Shown: positions 26,501 to 38,525 of the stretch, piece by piece | Layout: every line of letters begins with the position of its first letter | How positions within the stretch are numbered: the stretch's first letter is position 1 | NCBI GenBank assembly: GCA_964016885.1 | Contig: OZ024754.1 | Coordinates: 26,164,001-26,228,000, forward strand | DNA length: 64,000 bases | From: Eledone cirrhosa | Lineage: Eukaryota | Reading direction: 5' to 3' | Position numbers and translations under genes: made by a program | Notes under the pieces: generated by a model | The model's input: only the letters and a program-made list of their open reading frames with translations | What the model was told of the DNA's origin: nothing | The model's database searches: none

Positions 26501-29500
26501 TGGTGTTTGGAACATAGTTTAAGAAAGGGTTCTTATAAAATTACTTTGGAAGGTTTATAGATAAATATAAGTAGTTTGGCATCATATAACCAGGAATGGT
26601 TTCATGTGCATTGGTGTCAAAGATCAAAGTATTACACAATCATTCAAATTTGAAGGAAATAAAACTGATCAAAACTCTTTGTGCGAAACCTGAAATGTAA
26701 GGAAACTGGAGAAGAATTGTGGCAACAATTATAGTCTGTTGCAGAAGAGTTTCAGGAGCAAAGTTGTTCAGCATTTCAGACTTATTTGACCTTTGAGGGT
26801 GAGGAAGGTAGTATTCTCGCTTAGGTTGCAAGCTTGTAATAGAGGGGAGGACATTTCTGCTTTCTCTGTTTTTCTCATTCTTAGATGAAAGGCAAGAACT
26901 CTCAAATGTTCAATTCTTCAATGTTGAGTTTATCATACAAACTAAACATTGTTTATATAGACCAGGGTTCCCCTACTATCAACAATCCCTTTCTTTACCA
27001 TTTTTGTATTTGAATTAATGAAGAATTTGGAGGGACTTACATATTTCATTTAGATGCTATTTGCAAACATAACAGAAGATTATGTAAAATTATATTGATG
27101 TTTTTTTTTTTATATAGAAATCCTTTAAAATGGGTGGTTTTCTTTCATAGAATTAGTTTTAAGCAGATTGGTGTGAAAAGGATTAATGCTCTTCTTGCGA
27201 CATTTGAAGCTTCGTTGCAGTCTCAATTTATCTCGACCAGTTGTTAAGTGCCTTTGTTGAATTTTTTTAAAGCCACTCTTCATTATCATTCCCAATTAAA
27301 TGGGTGAAAACACTGTGTGTATGTATGTGTGTATATAACATTTATAAATAATCTATATACACACCTGGAAATTTATATTTTGTTTAATATATGTGTGCCA
27401 TTAAATTTGGCTTTGTATTATTGTTGCTAAAAACAATTTTCTTTTTGTTTGTTTTCCAGGCTGGCCCATTGTTGGAACGTCTTGACTATTTTGTATCAGC
27501 AGAAATGGTGACGCCTTCATATTTTAGAAACCATCTAATCATGCCACTCCAGAAGAGTATAGCATCAACTGTCAAATAAAGTATTTTAGACTTGTTCAGT
27601 CTTTGAGAATCTTATTTCATTAATTATATTTCTATTTGTACTTTTTCAATTGATAAATGTCTTCTGGGTGAAATTCTAACCTGTCTTTTTTTTTTTGGTC
27701 ATATATAAAACAGCATGATTAAAGGTATAAAGATACAAAAATATTTCAAGCAAGTCTTCAAAGGGTTATATTACAAATACTGTTTTTTTAAAAAATAAAT
27801 GTAATCTTTTTGTATATAGTGGTTTATAATTGACCCGGTCTTCAAAATCTGTACCCCTTATCAATTATAATAGCTGCTTATTAAAAATACACCTCATTTG
27901 TTTCTAAAAGACTTCCAAGTTTGCTATAGAACTGCTAAAATCTGATGTTTTAAATATTTTATTCCATAATTGTTTATTTTTTTTATTATTAATTCACACT
28001 CCCTGGTTTACACTTTCTAGCATGCCTTTCTGCAATTGAATATTTTTACAAGCTTTTTTCTTTTAAATTTTTTTTTCTGTGTATCTCGGATTCAAAGAAA
28101 TCAATTATATTGTATCGGTCAGGTCAATTAAAGAATGCTTATTAGAAAATGTTGGTTTAAAATGGATATTTTTCAGTCCATTGTAGGGAAACCTTAGACA
28201 CCCCTATCTTGTCATCTTTGTTATACTTGGCTGTACCTATCATTGTTGTGCTCAGTTCTTTCTTCATTTCTTTCAGTTGTCACATGGTAAAAAGTCAGAT
28301 AATCCAGACAAAAAACCAATGGACAGATCATTTCAGTAAGTTGATTCATATTTTCTTCATCTCAGAAACACTTAATTTATTTTATACTTTTAGTAGTTTC
28401 ACTCATTAGATGGGACACCACTTTGAAGGGGTTTAGTTCATATCAATACCAGTACTTTTTTTTACAAGTTCGGTATTCTATCATATATACTTTAAAGTTG
28501 AATTTTTTTTTTAAATGAAATTAATGGTGTCGATTATTATATGGAGATATTTAATTTTACTTTGCTTTTCACCTGAGAAATCTGTGATAATCATATTTGA
28601 GACCAGCTAATCTTACATTGGTGTGAGCTGTAACAACATGTGTGTATGTGAATGATAGAACTATCATTTAAACATCTGAGAGACCTGTAAGATTCAGCCT
28701 TGTAGGAGAGCAATTAAACTTACCTGGGTGTGAGCTGAAACAATATATGTGTGCATGATATGATTAGGGCCCCTAGCACTAAAACACCCAGGAAACCTGT
28801 GAAATATACAACTTCATAGGAGCCTAGCTAAACTTAACTAGGTTTGAGCTGCAAGTTTAATTTTCATTCATAAGCCATTTTATTTTAGCTCTCTTAACCC
28901 TTTAGCATTTAAACCGGCCGTATTTGGCCAGAATTCTCTTTCTGTACAAACCAGCTGTAACCGGCCGCTCATGTTAAGGTATTATTCTCGAAATAAATAG
29001 TATCGATTTTATGTAAGGTAAAGCCTTTATTTACTATGTAAATATAATAGTAAATATAGAGTAATGTAAATGCTAAAGGGTTAACCTGTAATTTCCTTTA
29101 TTATTATTATATTCATTGTAGATCAAGAAAACCTTTGGGTCAAGGACTGTCCAACTTCAACAGCCGTTTCACACCTGGCAGCTTCAACAACAACAACAAC
29201 AATAACTGGGGATCAGATAACTTTGACCAAAGACCTCGGTTCCGTGAGAACTTCCCAGATTATTACGAGAGAGATGGCCGTATGCCATCTGTTCCAGACA
29301 GATATCCGGGTGGCCCAATGTCAGACAGGATGGGAGGAGGTTCCATGCAGGACAGGTATTCATCACAAGGCCCACCAAGAGATCGTATGATGCCTCCACC
29401 TCACTCGGATAGATTTCCTACATCTCCACCAGAAAGGATGAGGCCCTCCAGTCCATTTGATAGGCGAGCACCACCATTGCCACCTCACAACATGAGGGAC

Positions 29501-32500
29501 AATTTTTACATGGATAGAGACCCCTATTACCGAGATAGAAGTCCAATTTCTCGGATGCCTCCTGATTATTATGATAGAAACATGAAACGGTGAGTATTTC
29601 TTGAGATTATCCCTTTTCAAAGCAAACCAACTGAAACTACCCCAGCTTCTTATGATACAGGGTTTTGTCAACTGAACTATCTGTTCAGAGTATGATTTAG
29701 GGATATGGGAAGCTGTGATATTAATACCTCCAATAAAACCATTTTGTTACCAAACTGCTCCATCATAATCTATATACTACTAAAACTCTGTGGTTGCTTG
29801 CTTGTCTGTAATGTAATACAGCCAAACAGATGCATAATGGGAAAATACTTTGAAAGGAAGTTGACCCTGAAATGCGGAAACATTGAATAAAACGAGTTTC
29901 GCGTAAATCGTGGCACAGGTTCTTGAGATGTGGGGGTTTTCCGGGTATCTTTGTAAACAGAGAGAGTGGTTGTGAGAGAGTATATTGAAAGAAAGGGAGA
30001 GAGAGCTGCTTGTGTGTGTGTGTGTATATATATATATGTGTGTGAGTGTGTGTCTGTTTATGACCTGTGTGTGTGTGCGTGTATATATATATTTTTTTTA
30101 TGACCATGCTGTAAAATGGAGGGGTAGAGAGGGCCCATGAGTCCAGGAAGACATCCTCTCTAGTGCTGGTGGCACAAATAAAAGCACCCGGCCCATGCTG
30201 TAAAGTGGCACTGGTGTTCGGAAGGGCATCCAACCAGTGTATCAATGCCAAAACGATTATAAGCACAGCAACAAGTATATAGGAACAATAAAATATGAAG
30301 ACGTCGCATCTGAGTTGCAACACTTAATGTTGGCACTCTCAGAGGTAGATCTGCTGAAATAGTAGAGATGCTGGAGAGAAGGCATGTGGATGTATGCTGT
30401 GTGCAAGAGGTGAGATGGAGAGGTGACTAGTCGCAGCTATAAGCTTTTCTGGGTAGGTAAGGATGATGGGTTAGGGGGAGTAGGCATTTTCCTGCCTGAG
30501 AGATGGATCAATAAGACAATAGAGGTAGTTTGAGTTAGTAATTGAATAATTAAGCTTAGATTAGTTGTAGGCAGGAGACTACTGACAATCTTCTCTGCCT
30601 ATGCTCCCCAAGCAGGCCTAGGCAAAGAAGAGAAAGATTGCTTTTACGAGCAACTTTTACAAACAACCGTAATGACAGAGGACGGAGACATCGGTATGCT
30701 AGCGAGGAACTTCAATGGTCATGTTGGACAGCTCCAGGATGGTTACACTGGGGTACATGGTGGGCACGGTTACGGTTCAAGAAATGAAGGAGTGAGACTT
30801 CTTGAATTTTGTGATGCAAGTACAATGACTATTTGCAACACTAACTCTCAGAAACCTGTCAACCACCTAATAACCTACAAATCAGGCGAGCACATAAGCC
30901 AGATTGACTTTCTTACTAGTTAGGCAACGGGACAGGCAGATGGTGTCAAATACCAAGGCATACCCTGGGGAAGAATGTACCCCACAGCATAGGTTAGTCG
31001 TTAGTGATATCTCAGTAAGCAAGAGATGGAATGAGACATACAGGAAGGTGTGGAGAAGAAAGGTCTGAAAGCTAAAAGACCTTTCACTAAAATACAAATT
31101 TAGGAAAGCCCTTCAAGATGTGTATGACGAAAAAGAAGACGATTTAGAGACATGACATAGATAATAACTGGAATTTCTTACGTGACAACTTACTGCAGTC
31201 TACTGATGAAACTTGTGGCTGGAGCAGAGCTCCAACCAGACAGTGACCTGGTGGTGGAACAGCACTGTAGATAAGGCCATTAGAGACAAAAGACTAGCAT
31301 AAAAGGCTTGGAAAATGGGTGGGAGTAGAGAAGGATATACAGCCACCAAGAGAGAAGCTAGACGTCAGGTGTACTTAGCACTCAGCGAGGCTGAGAGTAG
31401 GAGGTTTGCCAATGTTCTGCAATGGAAAGATCAGAGGCGTGCAGTGTTCCACATTGCAAGGCAGTGTGTCAATGCGGAGATAAATGATGCCGGTGTACAT
31501 AGTGTCACGAATGATCAGAAAAAGGAGGCCTGGAAATGTCATTATGAGAGACTGATGAATGTGGAGAACGAATGGGAGAGAGAAATTACCCTCAGTAGAT
31601 CCGACAGAGGGATCAGCTATTGAGATTGACGAATATAGGGTCCAAGAGGCAATTAGGGAAATGAAAAATGGTATGGCTGCTGGACTATCGGGAATAGTTG
31701 CTGAGATGCTGAAGGCATCAGAGGACGTAGGCACTAAACTGGTTGCACCAATCAGGCTATATATGGTGGTGTTATACTCAAAGACTGGTGCAGCAGTATT
31801 CTCATAAATTGCTATAAAGTTAAAGGGGATGCTCTGGAGAGGAGCAATTACAGGGGTACAAAACTTGGCTATGGAAACAGCAGTTGGAAGCAAGAGGACT
31901 GAGAGTGAACCTAGCTAAGACAAAAATGTTGATGAGTAGAAAAGAGGACAAAACTCTGATTCCGTCGGAAATGGCCATGTTCGATATGCAGAAAAGGAAC
32001 TGGCATAAATTCTATAAAATGCACACAATGCAGATCTTGGGTACACAAGAGATTAGTGGGATAGCAGGTAAACTAACAGGTAGGGAGAAATACGTATGCA
32101 GTAGAGGTACAGGGAAATTAGACAGTAGAAGTCGCATTGATAGACACATTTTTCAAGTGCAGGCGGGTGCTATAGAAGTGGGGAATAGCTTCCGGTACCT
32201 AGATCAGATTAGCATGGGGAAGGGGATGTTCCGAGGCCATAGTATCTAGAATAAGGACGAGTTGAAAGAACATAACCCTCCTACGAATACCGGGGACAAC
32301 TGTATATATATATATATCTATTTATTCATCTAACCTGTTATCCTCTCAATTTATTTCTGATTTCTCCTTTTGTTTCTTTTTAGGGACTACCCACCTTCTC
32401 CATATCAGAATAATGACAACATGGGTGGTGGAGGAGGAGGAGGCTTCAAGAGAGATGCTCCAATGGGTCGGGACATGGGTATGAGGTCAATGGGCATGGA

Positions 32501-33131
32501 TGCTCCAGGCAGGGACCAGATGCCATCTTCACGTGGTGGAATGGAACCACCCATGAGGAGAGACAATATGGTTGGCAATAGGGGTCCCGGTCCAATGGGG
32601 GTCGGACGTGATTCATACAGGCAAGGGGACTCAATGGACCACCACAACATGGGTGGTGGCAATCGGCAGATGGGTTCAATGATGCGAGACCGTCAGGAGA
32701 TGGGAGGAGGAGGAGGAGGTGGTGGTGGTGGTGGAATGAACAACTCTGGTGGTGGTGGCGGCGGGGGTGGTGGTGGTGGTGGTGGTGGTGGCTACAATAA
32801 CTACAATGGCCAACAACAGGGTGGTGGAGGAGGAGGTGGGGGTTACGGCATGAACCATTCCTACAACAACTTCAATAATGACCGATCAAGATCTGGTCCT
32901 GGTATGGACAACAACTATAGGGACAACAACTATAGGGAGGGTAATTATAGGGAGAATAACTATAGAGGGGATAGTTATAGGGGAGATAACTACCAAGGAA
33001 TGGGTGGCGGCGGCGGTGGTGGCAACATGGGTGGTGGTGGTGGAGGTGGTGGCCGACAACAGATGGGCTCTCCAAAAAAGGGTAACTTACCCGACCAGAG
33101 TTTTTTACAGACAGGTCCAATATTTTTTTAA
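7295..33131 (+). CDS. RBM4-like: RBM4/lark-family single-RRM RNA-binding protein with long low-complexity C-terminus (5 coding exons, 493 aa)
   Basis: join(7295-7417,14430-14513,28277-28335,29122-29589,32384-33131) = 1482 nt, all introns GT-AG, phases 0,0,2,2. N-terminus [41 protein letters not shown]|[28 protein letters not shown]|LSHG has RNP2 (IFVGNV) and the RBM4/lark/RBM14-type ECDI.xNYAFVHME signature. Exact orthology is uncertain: no second RRM or CCHC knuckle found. Confidence 0.88.
7702..8555 (+). mobile_element. 5'-truncated RTE LINE, family A
   Basis: Frameshifted ORFs 7691-7975, 7944-8345, 8349-8540 (KTKVL..CSICRKG..FRYLG..RLRWYG..GRPRKTW); tail GTAAAATGATGATG. Confidence 0.93.
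8834..9486 (+). mobile_element. Tandem dimer of tRNA-derived SINE family B with RTE-type tail
   Basis: A box TGGCTTAGTGG, B box GAGTTCAATTC, central CCTTGAGCAAGACACTT, tail CCCACCCTTGCAAGCAGGGAAAAGCGGACGTAAAATGA; second copy (about 9190-9486) lacks the A box. Confidence 0.88.
9630..10108 (+). mobile_element. 3' fragment of RTE family B (ORF end + 3'UTR)
   Basis: Matches the reverse complement of 46704-47170; ends GGACGTTAAACGATGATGATG. Confidence 0.88.
10316..10548. mobile_element. Second TTAA MITE family
   Basis: TTAA|TCCTTTCATGACTGC...AACTAAAGGG|TTAA; opposite-orientation copies at about 7010-7210, 12065-12281, 13800-14024. Confidence 0.8.
14430..14513 (+). CDS. RBM4-like: RBM4-like coding exon 2 (RRM second half)
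   Basis: tttttgtag|CATATGGAA...GTTGAG|gtaaaa; [28 protein letters not shown], phase 0-0. Too short for the ORF track. Confidence 0.93.
16237..16441. mobile_element. TTAA-flanked piggyBac-type MITE (opposite orientation to 28894)
   Basis: TTAA|CCCTTTAGCATTT...AAATGCTAAAGGG|TTAA, with its right portion repeated to about 16522. Confidence 0.85.
24858..25210 (+). mobile_element. Older tRNA-derived SINE (family C)
   Basis: GGCATGGCC head, GGGTTTCATTCC B box, GGCACCTTGGGC core; related pieces on the minus strand at about 37880-38330. Confidence 0.6.
26304..26474. mobile_element. Tc1/pogo-type MITE
   Basis: TA|CAGGTAAAATTCCGTTATAACA...TGTTATATAGCAAAATTTCACTG|TA, imperfect TIRs. Confidence 0.6.
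28277..28335 (+). CDS. RBM4-like: RBM4-like coding exon 3
   Basis: ttctttcag|TTGTCACAT...TTTCA|gtaagt; [19 protein letters not shown](Q). Completes the RRM-end motif RVELS and supplies the phase 0-to-2 bridge needed to reach exon 4. Confidence 0.88.
28894..29084. mobile_element. TTAA-flanked piggyBac-type MITE
   Basis: TTAA|CCCTTTAGCATTTA...TAAATGCTAAAGGG|TTAA; relatives at about 11290-11483, 11681-11884, 16237-16441, 18118-18250. Confidence 0.85.
29122..29589 (+). CDS. RBM4-like: RBM4-like coding exon 4 (P/R/D/S-rich disordered region)
   Basis: cattgtag|A TCA AGA AAA...ATG AAA CG|gtgagt; same frame as ORF 29135..29593. Confidence 0.92.
30300..32268 (+). mobile_element. Degenerate RTE LINE, family A, internally deleted
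   Basis: APE remnants (LNVGTL, AYAPQ, GHVG, QIDF) and RT start ([12 protein letters not shown]), then a jump near 31870 to [10 protein letters not shown]; 31917-32260 nearly matches 7702-8060; many stops and frameshifts. Confidence 0.9.
32384..33131 (+). CDS. RBM4-like: RBM4-like last coding exon (Gly/Met/Asn/Tyr-rich tail)
   Basis: ttctttttag|G GAC TAC CCA...; in phase with exon 4; ends QTGPIFF-TAA (ORF 32370..33131). Confidence 0.92.
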
Positions 33132-34002
33132 ACATGAATCCTTTCTCAGATCATAGGTACTAATGATAATGATGATAATAATAATAGTGGTTCTTTGAAA
33201 AGGAAAAAAAAATAACAACATAAAAACATCTTCACTTTGTATTTTTTGTTTGTTTCTATAAAAGCATATTTTTAAGTATCACGATTTCATTGAGATTAAG
33301 TGTTGTTCCCCAAATGTGTTGAATATGAACAAAATATCTTTTTATCTCTTTCTCATCCAACTTTTTTCATTTATCCATACCATACCATTACACAGATTGC
33401 ATCAGTCATTGATTTTTTTTTCCCAGCCCACCCTACTACACATTTTTGTCTCCCTTCCCCTTGCTTTAGTATAAGCATGTATAATGTCTATCTGTATGAT
33501 ATGAAGATGAATTGGCTGAGTGTCAGATTGGATTAAATGTCCCTGCATTTCTTCCAACGATCTGCATCTTGAGTTGAACCCTGCCACAGTCAACTTTACC
33601 TTTTTATCCTTTCCAGGGGTGATAAAGTAGCAGTCCAGAGACAGGATTGATGGAATTGTTTAGTGTCAGACGGGATGGGTGTTTTGCAGTATCTGATCCA
33701 GCTTTGTGTGTTCTCTTAGTTGAAAATCTTGCTTCTTTCTGTCAAGAGTTGTGACCGAAAGAATCACCCATGGAAACCTAATTTCCTTGGCCTGATGTGA
33801 TGATCAACTCCTTATATTTTATATAATAACAAATAATAGAAACAAAAGATTCCATATTTTGGTTGGCTGTTGAAAAAAAATTTTTATTGTCAGTCCACTG
33901 TTATAGGGTTAAGTTGTAGATAATCTTCCAATGTTTTGTGTGCTTAAAGAACCATTGTTTTGAGTTGTTTCTTGACTGATTCCATTAAGTCTCATCTTAT
34001 TA

Positions 34003-34194
34003 GGGCGGTGAATTGGCAGTATCGGTAGAGGGTTGGACACAATGCTTTCTAGCATAGTTACGTCCCATTACGGTCTGAGTTCAAATCACGTCGAGGTTAA
34101 CTTTGCCTTTCATCCTTACAGGGGTCGATAAAATAAAGTACCAGTAATGCACAGGGTAATTGCTGGCCTTGTGCAAAAAGTAGAAACAATTATT
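34003..34194 (+). mobile_element. SINE family A
   Basis: Same consensus as 59318-59507; a partial copy follows at about 34603-34783. Confidence 0.85.
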
Positions 34195-35032
34195 AAGACT
34201 TATCTAAAATCTTGGGAGGACAAATTGTCATTTTTTTTAAAGCTAATTTTATTTTATTTCTCATTATCTCTCAACATCTTTACAATAAATAAGTTTTTTT
34301 AATATATAATTTCCTAAACATTCAAATCGCTTTAATTTTAGCTAGGTTTTAAGAACTTTTCAGGAGTGCTTAAGTGTCATGCATTTTAATTTATATCGGT
34401 GTAACATTTAGTCTTTCAATATTGTGTACAAATTTGCAGCATCAATGCTTGTCTGCCACAGTTTCTGCACTTATTCATCAACCATTTGAAATAAATAAAA
34501 AATTATTTAGCTTTGTGTGTAGCTTATATCAAAATTACTGTTAATTGTTCTGAAAAGATATTTTACACCTAAACTTATTAACTGGCTGTTTTATTTACAA
34601 CAGTGGATTGGCAGAGTTACGACCCTTTACGTTCTGATTTCAAATCCAGCTGGGATTAACTTTGCCTTTCATCCTTACGGGGGTTGATAAAATAAAGTAC
34701 CAATAAGCACTAGGGTCGATTTAATCGACTTTTCCTTTCCTTTCAAATTGATGGCCTTGTGCTTAAAGTAGAAACTACTATTATTATTTTACTTCATTTA
34801 AACTATTAAACATTGAATTTCAAAATAGCTGTGATTGGAACCTGTTATCAGTTTAGCTTCTTGTACATTTTCCTTCATACCTCATTCGTCAAAACTGTTC
34901 AATATACATCTTAGCCGTCTCCACTAAAATTGGGTGGTAAAATAATTCTGACATGCTTCCATACATTTATTAGTCAATGTTTTTGTCATATTTAAGAGGT
35001 ATCTTAGCAGTTTGTGTGTATATAGATATAGC

Positions 35033-35068
<36 letters not shown>

Positions 35069-36423
35069 TATATGAATTATTCATGGTTTGAAGTCTAGGG
35101 AGTAGTACTCAAAATGCAGAGTAAATGTTACTATGATTTTGTCCCAACAAAGGGTCATCTCAGTTTCAGCTCATTACCAACCCCTGGCAATGCTTGATTA
35201 TAAACTGAACCAGTAAGCCCTCTGTTTGTTGGCACACATACATATACATACACACACTAATATATACAAACATGCATACATAATCAATTTCCTTTCCTCT
35301 ATGACTGATTGACTTCCAAACGGAATCACTTTTTTCTGCATCTGTCTTCCCTTTCTATCCTCTCAGTATTAATTTAAATCTGCCACGTTTTAAATTTTGC
35401 TTGGAAATGTCTTGTCGTTCTCATACAAAAAAGAGAGTTTTGCTATCTATCTAATGAGTTTATATTTAGTTTCTCTCACTATCCATCTCCTGGACTGTAT
35501 TTACTGTTCTAAACCTCTACCTCTGTGGAAACTTGCTCAATGTACTGACTGCATTTCTTCATTTCATGTTTTCAGTATCTGTCACTTTCAAAAGCGCCAT
35601 TACAAACTTCAACAAAATAATAATAATAAAAAAAATAAAACTAAAAGGTGGCAAAGCAGAGTGAACAAAAGAAATTTTTTAACATTATTATTATTATTTT
35701 ACAAATTGTAATTTTAATAGTGAGAAAAAAATAGCAAAATATCTCCCTCACCTTTTTTGTGTTTGATATATACCTTAGCTGCAAGTTGTCTTAGATGTCT
35801 GTAAAAACTTTTTTAAAATAAAATTTTAAAAAGACAAAATGCTACTTTATTTTTTATTTTATATTTTCTTTGATTTGAAAGCATGTTTTGTGAAGGGCAT
35901 CCAGCTGTAGAACTTTGTGAAATGAAGGGTCGAGGACTCTTGGGCACGGCAACACCTCTGTTATCACAATAAAATGCATCCTTCATCATCATCGTTTAAT
36001 ATCCACTTACCATGCTAGCATGGCATTTGGAAGAGCATCAAAATATCAAAAAACCATGTTGAAAGGACTCAAGCCGTGTTAAGGAAAAACATCATTTCTA
36101 GTGTTGGAGCCAGGATAAAAATGTGATTAATCGGTCACTGACTAAATACTGACCTGGTCTGTAATGTCCTGTTCAACTCTTGTTTGAAAGCCTGCTATTT
36201 CTCCTAATTGAGAGATCATAGCTCCGATACTATGGCATGTGATTAGAATGTCTCGGGAAAGAATCGCTGGACATTTTACAGGCAAAAACCAAAATGTAAC
36301 GGCCGATGGCAACTTTAAAGGTCTTCACCCTATTTATAGCATCTTCGTGCTTCATATTTTCTTTATCTCAGCGCTTCGTAAAACTCTGTGAGATCGGCTA
36401 CGTGCGTGTATGTGTAAATAAAT

Positions 36424-36603
36424 ATATGTGGTTTTCGTCAGATTTATAAAATCGGATATCACAATCAATTTTTAAAAACTTCGATATTACATGAAAATAA
36501 AGTAGCCCAGAGTTGTTCCCCTTTGTAAAGTTTCGGGGGGGGGGGGGGTACGTCCATATTCAATAAAATATCCGATTTTATAAATCTGACTAAAACCCCA
36601 CAT
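36424..36603. mobile_element. MITE with ~33-bp TIRs
   Basis: ATGTGGTTTTCGTCAGATTTATAAAATCGGATAT...ATATCCGATTTTATAAATCTGACTAAAACCCCACAT between TA runs. Confidence 0.7.
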
Positions 36604-36616
36604 TATATATATGTGC

Positions 36617-36801
36617 ATTGGATTGGCAGTATCGGTAGAGGGTCGGATGCCATGCTTTCCAGCATAGTTACGTCCCTTTACGATCTGAGTTCAAATCCCG
36701 CTGAGGTTGACTTTGCCTTTCATCCTTACGGGGTCGATAAAATAAAGTACCAGTAATGCACTGGGTAATTGCTGGCCTTGTGCCTAAAGTAGAAACAATT
36801 A
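36617..36801 (+). mobile_element. SINE family A
   Basis: Same consensus as 59318-59507. Confidence 0.85.
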
Positions 36802-38347
36802 TATATATATGCATTAAATAATTTCCAACTAAAGAAAATATTCAGTCTTGAGTTTAGGTGAAAAGAAGACCTTATCTACAGATGACAGTACCCCCTCCGC
36901 CACCTCGTTACCACCTAAGTTGTAATATTCGAGAAACCATAATTGTATATTCTTAAAATTTTGATAATCTCTTGTGTACTAAATCCCTGCAGGTTCCCAC
37001 CAACCAGCCTCGGATGACAGTGGCCCCAGTCAAATGGGAATTTAATGTACATTCTAGAATCACATTAGAACTAAAACATGAGCGTAGAAAGTACTGAAAT
37101 GGCCCTATGATCTGCTAATTTTAAAATTCTGACTGTCTGTCAGTGTGGATTATTTCGCTGAATTTTCTTTTACTCTTTGATATTTAAAATACGTTCATCT
37201 TATAGTTTAAATTAAAATAATAAGGCATAGACAAAAACATTAATAAAAATTTCACGTTGCTCCAGTTCACTCAACTGTAGTGTTTATCTCGACAATTGTA
37301 AATGTATTTTGTCCGACACTGTAAATTTTGTTAAAAATAACCGAATACCTCATATCCCCCTCCCCTCCACACAGCCTACAGTATAATACAATCTTTTATA
37401 CACTCTCCAAAATAAGGGAATGTCACAAATACAATGTTTGTTATCCTTAAGCCTCAATGCACCCACCACCACATTACTTTCTAAATGTATATATTGGTTA
37501 ACGCCTACTATAGGCTCCCAAATAATATGGGGTGGAATAAGCGGGGGAGTTTCGAAAATCGCTAAATTTTCTAGGTTGTTTCCATTGATTTAAAAAAATT
37601 TTTTTTTTTAAAACCAGAATTAGTCGTTAGTTTACATATTGAGACTCCAATCTATGGAAACCGATGTAGGTACCTTCCATTTCTACAACACGTAAATGTC
37701 ACGACCAGATTAAATAAAATGATTGGTACTCCGTCGGTTTCAATGATGAGCATTCGACCAGCTGAACGTCAAACTCATGAACTAACGTATAAGTGGTTGA
37801 GTATTCCTGAGATACGTAATTCCCTAACAGAATCAGTAAGATACAATATGTACCAAGCCTGGACCTGAGATATAGATAATCCGATGGGCTTCCGTACAGC
37901 TACTGTCTACCCAATTTTCACTGGTAAACGTGTGTCGACTGAAGAATGTGATAAAGACACTTGCCTAAGATGCCACGCAGTTGGATCAAACCTAGGCTTC
38001 TCTCTCTGATGCAATGTAATTTAACAATAAAAGTTTCTGTATAGGGTGAAATAGCGACAACGGCACTCCGTTGGTTGCGACGACGAGTGTTCCAATTGAT
38101 ACGATCAACAGAACAACCTGCAAGTGGTTGAGCATTCCACAAATATGCGTACACACAGCGTAGTTCTCGAGGAGATTCAGCGTGACATAGAATGTGACAA
38201 GGCTGGCCCTTCGAATCACAGGTGCAACTTATTTTTGCCAGCTGAGTAGACAAGGACATAGCAACGCACCTGGAATCGAACTCACTATCTTACGATCTTG
38301 AGTTGAATACCTTAACCACAAGATCACCCGCCTAGGGTGAAATAAAT

Positions 38348-38525
38348 AATTGTTTCTACTTTTGGCACAGCAATTACTTCAGTTCATTACTGGTACTTTA
38401 TTTTATCGACCCCGTAAGGATGAAAGGCAAAGTTAACCTTGGCTGGATTTGAACTCAGAATGTAAAGGGTCATAACTCAATGCTGCAAAGCATGGTGTCT
38501 AACGCGCTACCGATACTGCCAATTC
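38348..38525 (-). mobile_element. SINE family A
   Basis: Reverse-complement copy. Confidence 0.82.

Noticed and set aside
14513-29122. Direct splice of exon 2 to exon 4
   Set aside because: Phase mismatch causes an early stop; the 59-nt exon at 28277-28335 resolves it.
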